A DNA stretch of 40,911 bases, taken from contig CAZUDQ010000012.1 in assembly GCA_964619365.1 (NCBI GenBank), positions 1-40,911 on the forward strand, given 5' to 3'. The notes beneath the pieces were generated by a model that searched no databases, had not been told where the DNA came from, and saw nothing but the letters and a program-made list of their open reading frames with translations. Of the stretch, positions 16,347-24,307 are shown piece after piece (the first letter of the stretch is position 1; each line of letters begins with the position of its first letter). The DNA comes from an uncultured archaeon. Its GTDB lineage: Archaea; Altiarchaeota; Altiarchaeia; JAFGQM01. A program made the position numbers and the translations under genes.

Positions 16347-17006
16347 ATGAATAAAATCGAGATTCTTGGTATCGCGCTTCTTGTAGTTCTTTTTGGAATA
16401 GCAATCTATTATTATCCTTTAGTCCCGGCAGAAGTTCCCGCGCACTGGAACGCTGAAGGGGAAATCGACGGGTACATGAGTGCATTCTGGGGGATTTTCC
16501 TTGCGCCACTTATAGGAGCCTTTTGTCTTGTGCTGATGTATGTAATTCCGAGGGCTTACCCGCTCAAGAGCAATATGAAGCTATTTTGGGGCTGGTATGT
16601 CGGTTTTATTGCCGTGATGATGATATTTTTCATAGCACTTGAAATCTTTATAATATTTAGCGCAATCGGCGAGGAAGAACTTCAGATATTTTATCTCATG
16701 TGTCCCCTGTTCTGTATGGTATTTGTCTATGCGGGACTTATGATGCGCGCATCAAAAAGGAACTGGGCGGCCGGGATTAAAAACCCCTGGACACTTGCAA
16801 GCGACGAAGTCTGGGAAAAAGTTAATAAACATGTGGGCAAGTTATTTATTGTCTCTGGATTCATCTGCCTTTTAGGTCTTGTCTTTACAAGCCTTGCCAT
16901 CTGGTTTGTAATCGCACCGATTATTGCGGTTGCCGTATACTCGTTTTATTACTCCTGGAAAGTCGGGAATAAAGTCGTCCTTGCCCAGGAAAAAAATAAA
17001 AAATAA
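16347..17006 (+). CDS. SdpI-family / DUF1648 membrane protein
   Basis: VPAHWNAEGEIDGY (DUF1648-type) and NWAAGIKNPWTLASDEVWEKVNK (SdpI-type) motifs; about six hydrophobic segments. Confidence 0.9.
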   Translation: MNKIEILGIALLVVLFGIAIYYYPLVPAEVPAHWNAEGEIDGYMSAFWGIFLAPLIGAFCLVLMYVIPRAYPLKSNMKLFWGWYVGFIAVMMIFFIALEIFIIFSAIGEEELQIFYLMCPLFCMVFVYAGLMMRASKRNWAAGIKNPWTLASDEVWEKVNKHVGKLFIVSGFICLLGLVFTSLAIWFVIAPIIAVAVYSFYYSWKVGNKVVLAQEKNKK

Positions 17007-17010
17007 ACTA

Positions 17011-17390
17011 GCGCCCATCGCTCAGTTAGCTGGGTCAGCCCTTTTTATAGTGCCATGCAATACTCCAGTATGGACACTGTAATGAGATGCACAGTAACAT
17101 TCTCATCAAAGCACCAATCCGAAAATGTGGTTTTAGCGATGGAGGAGATTTCTTGGGCAAAGACGCCAGGCCTTAACTTGTCTCCTCCAATCACTCTCTT
17201 GTCTGCATAGGTGAAACCTTTTATGCAACTCTAGTTGGGAAAAATCTAGGTCGGCGGGGTCGTGGGGATCCCGTCGTCATTATCAAGCCCTGAACTTTTG
17301 GGCAAAATTCAAAAATAAACAGGAGGACAAAACAAAAGAACTTTGTGACGCGGCGACAACCGGGTCCTTTGTTAATAAAGGACCCTATTA
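17011..17390 (+). ncRNA. Candidate structured non-coding RNA (family not recognised)
   Basis: No ORF of 60 aa or more in a 510-bp gap. Stems: 17015-22/17135-42, 17047-58/17068-80, 17082-89/17098-106, 17140-48/17181-89, 17204-09/17222-27, 17252-61/17267-76, 17362-71/17376-85. Non-Watson-Crick positions read as G-U on the + strand. Confidence 0.5.
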
Positions 17391-17516
17391 ACGCCCAAAT
17401 AATAAACCCATAAAATGAAACTACTAAGAGGACCTATGTTTGCAAAGATGATTGCTGACTTGGGCAAAGAAAAAAAAGACATATAGATTTAAGCACAAAA
17501 CTTCAAATTCCTTGTA

Positions 17517-19121
17517 ATGATTTGCTTGGGGATTGAAGGGACTGCACATACTGTAGGAGTAGGTATTGTCGACTCAGATGGCAATGTCCTTTCTGATATA
17601 AAAAAAATCTATGTTCCAGATGAGGGTGGAATACACCCTAGAGAATCTTCGCGCTATATGGCAAACCATTTTGAGGAGGCTCTCTTTGATGCCCTAGAGA
17701 AAGCTGAGATTACTAAGGAAGACGTAGACCTTATCGCATTCTCAAAAGGCCCCGGTCTTGGTCCGTGTTTAGGCAATGCTGCCGTCGGTGCGCGAGCCCT
17801 TTCACTTTCCTTAGACAAACCCCTTGTGGGTGTAAACCACTGCGTCGCCCATATTGAAGTTGGAAACATGGTCGCAAGACAAGAGTTTCCAGATTGGGCG
17901 CAACCCTTAACTCTTTATGTGTCGGGTGCCAACACCCAGATAATAATGTTTCGCGGCGGGCGCTACCGCGTATTCGGCGAGACTCTTGATATCGGGACAG
18001 GAAACATGCTTGATAAATTCGGGCGCGCTGTTGGTCTTGGACACCCGGCTGGTCCAAAGATAGAAACACTTGGAAAGGGGGGAAAGAATTTAATCGATCT
18101 CCCTTATGTCATAAAAGGCAATGACCTCTCTTTCTCTGGACTTCTCACAGAATCAATAAAGAAGGCAAATTCAGGTGAACACACGCTTGAAGATGTTTGT
18201 TATTCCCTGCAGGAAACCTCATTTTCTATGCTGACTGAGGCTACAGAGCGCGCGCTTTGCCACTTAAGAAGCGACTCCTTGCTTCTAACGGGAGGGGTTG
18301 CAAACAACAAGCGCTTGGTTGAGATGGTACGCAACATGGCAGAAGACAATGGAGCACGCTTCTCCGTACCAAAAGGGCTTTGTGGAGACAATGGCGCGAT
18401 GATTGCCTGGTGTGGTATTGTCATGCACGAAGCTGGAGTCAAACACTCGCTTAAAGATAGTATAATTGACCCGCTTTTTAGAACAGATGATGTGGACATC
18501 TCCTGGGCAAGAAAAGGAAATAGCCTTCCTGCGCTTCCTGACGGAACCTGGAAAGGTGCAGAAGCAAGCCTTAGAAAAGAAGGAAATATTATAGTAAAGG
18601 AACGCTTGGTAAAAAAGTACCGCCTTGCCGAGATAGATTCAAAAATCCGGAAGCAAAGGACTGCGCGCGAACCTAAGATGATGCAACGCGCAAAAGCTGC
18701 GGGGCTTCTTGTACCTGATGTATATGAAGTTGATAAAGAAAATTACCTTTTTAAAATGAGTTTTATTGAAGGGTGCGCACTTGATGAGATAATTGATGAA
18801 AAAAGCGAGCTTGCAATTGATGTCGGAAAAGTCGTAAGAAAACTCCATGATGCAGATATTATGCATGGCGACCTTACAACATCAAATATGATACTTAACA
18901 ATCTTGGCGAGATTGTGGTAATTGACTTTGGACTGTCCCATGTCACAAAACGTGATGAGGATTTCGCAACAGACTTATTGCTCCTAAAAAAGGCTCTTGG
19001 TGCAAACCATTCTAAGAATTTTTCAAAACTCTGGGAGGGGGTTCTTTCTGGGTACGGGGATTCTAGTGTTCTCTTGCGCCTTAGCATTGCTGAAAAACGG
19101 GGACGGTACCTGGGACATTAG
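17517..19121 (+). CDS. kae1: Bifunctional Kae1 (t6A synthase)-Bud32 kinase fusion (KEOPS)
   Basis: LGIEGTAHT, GPGLGPCL, VNHCVAHIE, GETLDIG, GDNGAMIA (Kae1); GAEA, HGDLTTSN, IDFGL and C-terminal KRGRY (Bud32). Confidence 0.95.
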   Translation: MICLGIEGTAHTVGVGIVDSDGNVLSDIKKIYVPDEGGIHPRESSRYMANHFEEALFDALEKAEITKEDVDLIAFSKGPGLGPCLGNAAVGARALSLSLDKPLVGVNHCVAHIEVGNMVARQEFPDWAQPLTLYVSGANTQIIMFRGGRYRVFGETLDIGTGNMLDKFGRAVGLGHPAGPKIETLGKGGKNLIDLPYVIKGNDLSFSGLLTESIKKANSGEHTLEDVCYSLQETSFSMLTEATERALCHLRSDSLLLTGGVANNKRLVEMVRNMAEDNGARFSVPKGLCGDNGAMIAWCGIVMHEAGVKHSLKDSIIDPLFRTDDVDISWARKGNSLPALPDGTWKGAEASLRKEGNIIVKERLVKKYRLAEIDSKIRKQRTAREPKMMQRAKAAGLLVPDVYEVDKENYLFKMSFIEGCALDEIIDEKSELAIDVGKVVRKLHDADIMHGDLTTSNMILNNLGEIVVIDFGLSHVTKRDEDFATDLLLLKKALGANHSKNFSKLWEGVLSGYGDSSVLLRLSIAEKRGRYLGH

Positions 19122-19124
19122 AAT

Positions 19125-20210
19125 TTACTCGTCATAATCTATTGGCCTTGAGTCGCGTCGTTTCTTTGCCGCTATTGCGCAGTACTCTTTGCCCCAGTTG
19201 CGAAATATCTGTTTTTGCAAAAGAAGGGCGGTTTTCTCCATTAGTTTTTGAGGAAGCTCCGCATCAGAATGCGCCATGTAAAGGGGTATGGGGTACCCGT
19301 ATCGCTTGGGGACTCTTGAAAGATAGCTTAGAAGGGACGATATCTCTTCTGCCTTGGCAACTATACCCTTTTCGCCCCAGCTAGGGAAATCGACTCTCAT
19401 TGCGCGCCCCATCTCTGTTGCCTGAAGGTAGAATGTTGGAAACGCACAATCAATTCCCGTTTTGTCCTTCACCCATTTTCGCCCCTTGCTTGAAACAGGA
19501 ATAAATGGTTTTGTTGCAATTGCCTGAAAGGAGTCCATTCGCTGGGAATAAAGCTGGATTAATGAGGCGTCAGTCAATTGAGAAAGAGCTGATGCCGCTT
19601 CATTGGAGAGCCCCTTATCTGAAAGATAACTTATAAGTCCCCGCGAAGTCGAATCTTCAGAAACCCCAACGACTCGCACACCCGATTCTTGAGCTTTTCT
19701 GAGCATCCCGCCCAGTGCCCTGATATGTGCGTGGTATTCGTCTGTTGATATGGGGTCAACCTCGGTTCCCACAAGAAGCGAACCGTCAATCAGGAGATAG
19801 TCTGGAGCCATTTCATCGATAATCCTTGAGCCCATCTCGTATTCCATTGCCGAGCGCAGGAGCTGGACTCTTGCTTTTGTCTGGCGATTTATGGGAATTG
19901 CACCCAAATCCAGATTTCTTAGGAAGTGCCCTGGGTCTTTTCCACCGTCGCCCTTGCAAAACCCGCTTGCGCGGACAAGATATGCTGCGACTCCCGCAAG
20001 TTCGTAAATCCCTTCGCCCCCATCAACAGCGCCAATCCTTGTTTTAGGATATTTTTCCCCCTTTGGATTGTACATCATAGGGTCAAGGCAGGCATCCCTT
20101 AAAAGGAGCTCCATCCCACGGCTGACCTGAGCAAGCATAGAGTCTATTTCAACTTGCTTTTCACGCACACGACTTGACCAAAGCTCATAGTAATTAGGTT
20201 CTTGGGACAT
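19125..20210 (-). CDS. nurA: NurA-family nuclease
   Basis: GAVDGG, LRSAMEY, LIDGSL, VVGVSEDS and GYPIPLYMAH motifs typical of NurA domains. Confidence 0.85.
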   Translation of the reverse strand: MSQEPNYYELWSSRVREKQVEIDSMLAQVSRGMELLLRDACLDPMMYNPKGEKYPKTRIGAVDGGEGIYELAGVAAYLVRASGFCKGDGGKDPGHFLRNLDLGAIPINRQTKARVQLLRSAMEYEMGSRIIDEMAPDYLLIDGSLLVGTEVDPISTDEYHAHIRALGGMLRKAQESGVRVVGVSEDSTSRGLISYLSDKGLSNEAASALSQLTDASLIQLYSQRMDSFQAIATKPFIPVSSKGRKWVKDKTGIDCAFPTFYLQATEMGRAMRVDFPSWGEKGIVAKAEEISSLLSYLSRVPKRYGYPIPLYMAHSDAELPQKLMEKTALLLQKQIFRNWGKEYCAIAAKKRRDSRPIDYDE

Positions 20211-20244
20211 TGTTTAGTTTGTTTATAGGCGGATAATAACGCAT

Positions 20245-20856
20245 TTAGGATTTTCTTGCAATTATTACAAAAAGTTCTTTTTTGTTTGCGTCTTTTCGTT
20301 TGGCAGTCTCGCTTCGGGATATCTCATTTTTGCAGGCTGGACGGACTGCTGTGATAAAACCTTCCTGTTTTAACGCATTTAGGATGTCGACGCATGGGAT
20401 TGGTTTTGAGAGTGATAATAGTTTCTCGCGCTCAGAATCACAAAGCTCGCCTGGGTCACGTCCGGAAAGAATAGAATATATCTCCTTAGGTTCGGCGGGC
20501 ACTTTAGCTTCTTTTGAAATGATATCAGTCATTATCTCGATTTTTCCTTCGGGCTTAAGTGCATTTGACATCTTCTTTAAAAGACCTGGAAAATCGGAGT
20601 TCTTAGCTATGAGCCCCCCTGCAGGGCAGTCTATCCGAATCTCATCTAAGCTATGCCTTTTGGCTAAAACAAAATCTAAAAATTCGTGAGCAGTTAACGG
20701 CGAAAACTGTATTTCTGGAAAACGCACGTCCAGAGTACCAAACTGAGTTGAATCGAGAGTAGAAAAAAATGGGTCAACCAGGGTCCATCCTTTTAGTTTT
20801 TCTATATCCAATGGAATTCGCGACCCCAAATTTGCTTTCACATATAAAGGTTTCAT
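20245..20856 (-). CDS. Hypothetical protein, divergent class I methyltransferase (TrmB-like) fold
   Basis: SLDEIRIDCP and LKKMSNALKPEGKIEIMTD resemble the TrmB LDxIxIxFP and LKPGGxIxIxTD segments; no PDPW and no clear GxGxG. Confidence 0.5.
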   Translation of the reverse strand: MKPLYVKANLGSRIPLDIEKLKGWTLVDPFFSTLDSTQFGTLDVRFPEIQFSPLTAHEFLDFVLAKRHSLDEIRIDCPAGGLIAKNSDFPGLLKKMSNALKPEGKIEIMTDIISKEAKVPAEPKEIYSILSGRDPGELCDSEREKLLSLSKPIPCVDILNALKQEGFITAVRPACKNEISRSETAKRKDANKKELFVIIARKS

Positions 20857-20907
20857 TTTTTAGCTTTTAGACTTATTTTTAAGCGCACAAAAGTAAAGTT
20901 ACTAAAA

Positions 20908-21273
20908 ATGAGCCTGTTTGAAGATATTCATCTCTTGATTTGTATTGTAGCTCTCATCTATCTCTTTGGTAGAATCAAACAGGCGACCCAGTCAAGAGTT
21001 CTTGGAATCTGTGTTGCAGCATTCATCGTATTTTTCATATTCTTCCAGCACGTATGGATAGCTTTCATCTTCTTTTTCGTGATGTTTGGTTACATGTTTA
21101 TAGGTGGTCTTACAAGCGGTATAATGGAAGGGACCATGTCAAGAGCCTACATGGGATATCTTGGAAGCTGGGGTAAAGGCAACAACAGCAATGTCATAAC
21201 GACAATGCCCTCGCCTCAGTTTGGTGCTGGAACTAGCAGCTGGTTTAAAGACGGAAAAGGGTTACAAGGGTAA
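20908..21273 (+). CDS. Small membrane protein (121 aa, about 3 TM, Gly/Met-rich tail)
   Basis: Phe/Ile-rich hydrophobic segments with HVWIAF; ATG follows AAAA as in several other genes here. Confidence 0.8.
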   Translation: MSLFEDIHLLICIVALIYLFGRIKQATQSRVLGICVAAFIVFFIFFQHVWIAFIFFFVMFGYMFIGGLTSGIMEGTMSRAYMGYLGSWGKGNNSNVITTMPSPQFGAGTSSWFKDGKGLQG

Positions 21274-21283
21274 CTAGATTATT

Positions 21284-21628
21284 ATGGACTCATCTGCCTT
21301 CTTGTTCTTTCTTATAATAATAGCCCTTTGTCTTATGTCAGGCAATCAAACACTTATGTATGTTGGTGTGGGTATTGGTGCCATGTTCTTGATACTCATG
21401 GGTGGCGCTCACCATATAATAGTCGCCGTTCTCGCCTTGGGTGCAGTATATGGAGGTTATGTCCTTAGTGAAGGAGGTAAGGGTGATACTACTTTTCTTT
21501 TAGGTGGCCTTCTTGTAGCAGCTGGGCTCTTTATAGCATTCGTCCTTAAAGGGCACGACGAAGGTGAGGGTGAAGGTGGAATGGATGCATACGGTATGGG
21601 TGGTCTTGGGCTCCCCATGGGTTACTGA
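21284..21628 (+). CDS. Small membrane protein (114 aa, about 4 TM, Gly/Met tail)
   Basis: Gly-rich hydrophobic segments; tail GEGEGGMDAYGMGGLGLPMGY; 10-bp gap from the previous gene. Confidence 0.8.
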   Translation: MDSSAFLFFLIIIALCLMSGNQTLMYVGVGIGAMFLILMGGAHHIIVAVLALGAVYGGYVLSEGGKGDTTFLLGGLLVAAGLFIAFVLKGHDEGEGEGGMDAYGMGGLGLPMGY

Positions 21629-21666
21629 ACTTTTATAATCCCCGCCGTTAAGCTTTCGGTTTAGAA

Positions 21667-22908
21667 ATGTCAGGGAAATATTTTTCAGGAAAGCTTAAAC
21701 TGGGGAAAGTTTATGTCCCTTGGATAAGTAGTTTTCCTAAAGGCGCTACATATGCCTGCAATAGATGTGGTGCATGTTGCATGTATCGTGTTGATCTCTC
21801 GCCAAAAGACCTTATGTCCCTTAAGTCAAAGGGGTATTATGACGCAATAGAATACGACACAGAAAAATCAGGCAGCCCTAGTCCTTCAATAAAAAGACTT
21901 GATGATGGACGATGTTTTTGCTTAGGGCCTAAAACCAACTGTGAGATATATGGAAATCGGCCGCATGTTTGCCGTCAATTCCCTTTTCAGATTAGTACGG
22001 GTTTTGAAGGTGAGCTTGTCATTGATTTATCATATTCCTGCCCCACCGTAAATGAAAAAAACGCGGCTAAAGTAAGTTCAAGCCAGATTCGTGAGGCATT
22101 GAGCCTTTTTTTAGAGCACCGTGGGGAATTCGTTCCTGCTTCATTGGAATATGGGGAAGGAATGTCAAATGCGCTCAATTCGGCGTTTAGCCCTGCCTAT
22201 GTACCAAAGAGTGTAAAGTATGAATTTTATGATAAAGCAGCACAATTATTGCTTAATGCAGAAGGCACAACAGATTTGCTTGAACTTATGCGCAATTGGG
22301 AAGATGTTGTAAGCGACGGCTGTGCAAAAACCCCTGTGCGGGAAATAGCAAAAAACGCAGGTACCGTGCTATCCAATCTAACCGAGCTGGTAATACCTGA
22401 TACTTACCACTTATCAAAAAATAGGTATGTGAAGTTGTTTTCCGATCTTGAAAACAGGCTGCTTGTATGGGACGAGTCAAAACTTTATGTCTATACTGCG
22501 CGAATAGGACCATTTTGGGCTAAATTCGGCGACCGGAGACTTTCTTGGAGTAAAATAAAGAAAATACAGTACACAAGAGAGGCACTCTTTGATATGGCAA
22601 ATTATATTTCAACTATAATCAGACGCCCGATATTCGAAGACGCGGTAGTAAATGTCGTTAGCTATAAAATAAACTATCTGAGAGAGCCTGTGCGTGAATA
22701 CGAAGTAGGAGCAACACTAATTGCAAATGCGCTTTCAAACTATCTTGATTGCGTGTGCAAGATATCTGCTGCATTAAGGGGAAGTGATGTTGTTGATTCA
22801 GTTGACTTCCGCTGTGCACAGATGAATGTGGACCAATATTTTATGGGGGCTTTAAATTCAGGCACAATAAGTAGAGCCTTGATTGATGCTATTAAAAAGA
22901 ATTCTTAA
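21667..22908 (+). CDS. YkgJ-family (CxxCxxCC) cysteine-cluster protein with long C-terminal extension
   Basis: CNRCGACC, GRCFCL, CEIYGNRPHVCRQFPF, YSCP. Confidence 0.85.
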   Translation: MSGKYFSGKLKLGKVYVPWISSFPKGATYACNRCGACCMYRVDLSPKDLMSLKSKGYYDAIEYDTEKSGSPSPSIKRLDDGRCFCLGPKTNCEIYGNRPHVCRQFPFQISTGFEGELVIDLSYSCPTVNEKNAAKVSSSQIREALSLFLEHRGEFVPASLEYGEGMSNALNSAFSPAYVPKSVKYEFYDKAAQLLLNAEGTTDLLELMRNWEDVVSDGCAKTPVREIAKNAGTVLSNLTELVIPDTYHLSKNRYVKLFSDLENRLLVWDESKLYVYTARIGPFWAKFGDRRLSWSKIKKIQYTREALFDMANYISTIIRRPIFEDAVVNVVSYKINYLREPVREYEVGATLIANALSNYLDCVCKISAALRGSDVVDSVDFRCAQMNVDQYFMGALNSGTISRALIDAIKKNS

Positions 22909-23207
22909 CGTAAAAGACCTATGGCGCGGCCCATTGAGGTTCCCCAATGTTCACCGACTTCTTCCCACCAGTTGTTTCCGTCCCATCCTGGCTGATATTT
23001 CACGCGAAGCATCTGCTCTTTCATAGCTTCTGAGACTGGACCTTGGTCGGGCGCCTGATTGAACATTTGTGGTTTTGTGGTTTTCTGGTCATTACTAAGG
23101 GTTAAAATCACCATAAGAACACCAACCCCTAGTGCAATCCACACCTGTCCCTGAGCTAGAGCGAATATCACAAGTAGCAGTAGCACCAATACAAGAACAG
23201 TGTTCAT
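22905..23207 (-). CDS. Small membrane protein (100 aa, N-terminal TM hairpin)
   Basis: Two hydrophobic stretches around QGQVWIALG; Trp/Gly-rich C-terminus. Confidence 0.8.
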   Translation of the reverse strand: MNTVLVLVLLLLVIFALAQGQVWIALGVGVLMVILTLSNDQKTTKPQMFNQAPDQGPVSEAMKEQMLRVKYQPGWDGNNWWEEVGEHWGTSMGRAIGLLR

Positions 23208-23239
23208 CTTCGTTAAATTAACTGGGAAATCTATATAAA

Positions 23240-23692
23240 TCAGTCCATTTGGGGTAAGAACGGATTTCTTTTATCCCGCTCAAGTGAAACACCATTCGCT
23301 TTTGTCGGCATGGAATAGGTAGTGTCTAAGAACCTATTGACTTCTCCTGCGATAGGAACAGGAAGATTAAAATTGCCATTTTCAACAAAAGGCGTTTTGG
23401 GTGCTTCCCCAAAGGGGTCTTGTGCTCTTGACACTGGGTCACGCCCGTCATCTGCCATTAAGTTTTTGACATTTGCACTCACACCGTTTCTGGCTCTTGC
23501 CTGAGGCATGAACTCTTGTTGTATTCCTGTCGCACTACCAAATCGTGAGGGGTAGGCGAGCCTTGTTGAGTTCTTTTCACCCATTGAGACAAGAATCGCG
23601 CCGATGGCAACCATGGCGGCACCAATCCACAACATCTGTGGAACGAATAAAAGCACGCCACCCAATACCACCACGTATATCGCTAGATTCAT
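23240..23692 (-). CDS. Membrane protein (about 150 aa, N-terminal TM hairpin, Pro/Gly-rich tail)
   Basis: PQMLWIGAA between two hydrophobic stretches. Start placed at MNLAI (23692), just after the upstream stop; the track start at 23710 is also possible. Confidence 0.8.
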   Translation of the reverse strand: MNLAIYVVVLGGVLLFVPQMLWIGAAMVAIGAILVSMGEKNSTRLAYPSRFGSATGIQQEFMPQARARNGVSANVKNLMADDGRDPVSRAQDPFGEAPKTPFVENGNFNLPVPIAGEVNRFLDTTYSMPTKANGVSLERDKRNPFLPQMD

Positions 23693-23694
23693 CG

Positions 23695-24285
23695 TTATTC
23701 TTGTGCCCATTCATCAAAGCCTGTCTTGATAGTATCAAAGGTCGAGTCTAGGCATTTTGTCTTTAGAATGGGCTTTCCTGTCCTGAAGTGGGCTGTTAAA
23801 AGATTTGTCATCACTTTGGTTCCATCCCCAGCTTTATCGCTCATAAACGGCATATTAAGTCGTATGTCATCTTTTATTCTAATACGACCGATATTGGTAT
23901 CCGTTCCTGTAGCATAAAAACTGGCAGTACCTGTACGGCCACCCACAGTTAAAGGGGATCCTGTGGGACCATATGCTTTGATTCCTGCAACACCGTCAGG
24001 AGGTATCGATGGCCTAAACTGTAATGGATCTTGAACACTACCAAACTCTTCTTTCTTTTTTGGAGGGGCGTTTCTTACTGTATTATTCGCGGCATCCATC
24101 ATGGCGTTTGTGTAAATTGTCTCCTGTCTTGCAGATTTAATTGCTTTTGCCGAATCATTATCATTTGCAACAACGGCCATAGTAAGGACTATTATACTAA
24201 TTCCAATCCACCAAGGTAGTCCTATTATTATGAGCAAGAATCCTGCGCCTATTAAGGCCAAAAGCGAGCTTGTGCCAATAGCCAT
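23695..24285 (-). CDS. Membrane protein (196 aa, N-terminal TM hairpin, soluble tail)
   Basis: GLPWWIGISII between two hydrophobic stretches; tightly packed with its neighbours. Confidence 0.8.
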   Translation of the reverse strand: MAIGTSSLLALIGAGFLLIIIGLPWWIGISIIVLTMAVVANDNDSAKAIKSARQETIYTNAMMDAANNTVRNAPPKKKEEFGSVQDPLQFRPSIPPDGVAGIKAYGPTGSPLTVGGRTGTASFYATGTDTNIGRIRIKDDIRLNMPFMSDKAGDGTKVMTNLLTAHFRTGKPILKTKCLDSTFDTIKTGFDEWAQE

Positions 24286-24307
24286 TGTATTTGCCCTTGT
24301 GGGCTAC

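Noticed and set aside
17056-17210. About 51-codon plus-strand ORF (MQYSSMDTVMRC...) inside the structured region
   Set aside because: No recognisable motif or ribosome site, and the length is within chance; the stem density is better explained as RNA structure.
17110-17265. SRP RNA (GCCAGGCC) or c-di-GMP-I riboswitch (GCAAAG..GGCCT..AGGT..GCGGGGT) resemblance
   Set aside because: The SRP helix-8 GNRA loop and AGCA partner are missing. The riboswitch-like halves are separated by long insertions and lack the GGCAAACC start. Needs a covariance-model search.
17140-17345. RNase P RNA (GAGGAGA... / ACAAAAGAACTTT)
   Set aside because: The conserved GAGGAAAGUCC and ACAGAA..GCUUA elements and a clean P4 are not present, and GGAGGAGA is better paired in a local 9-bp stem.
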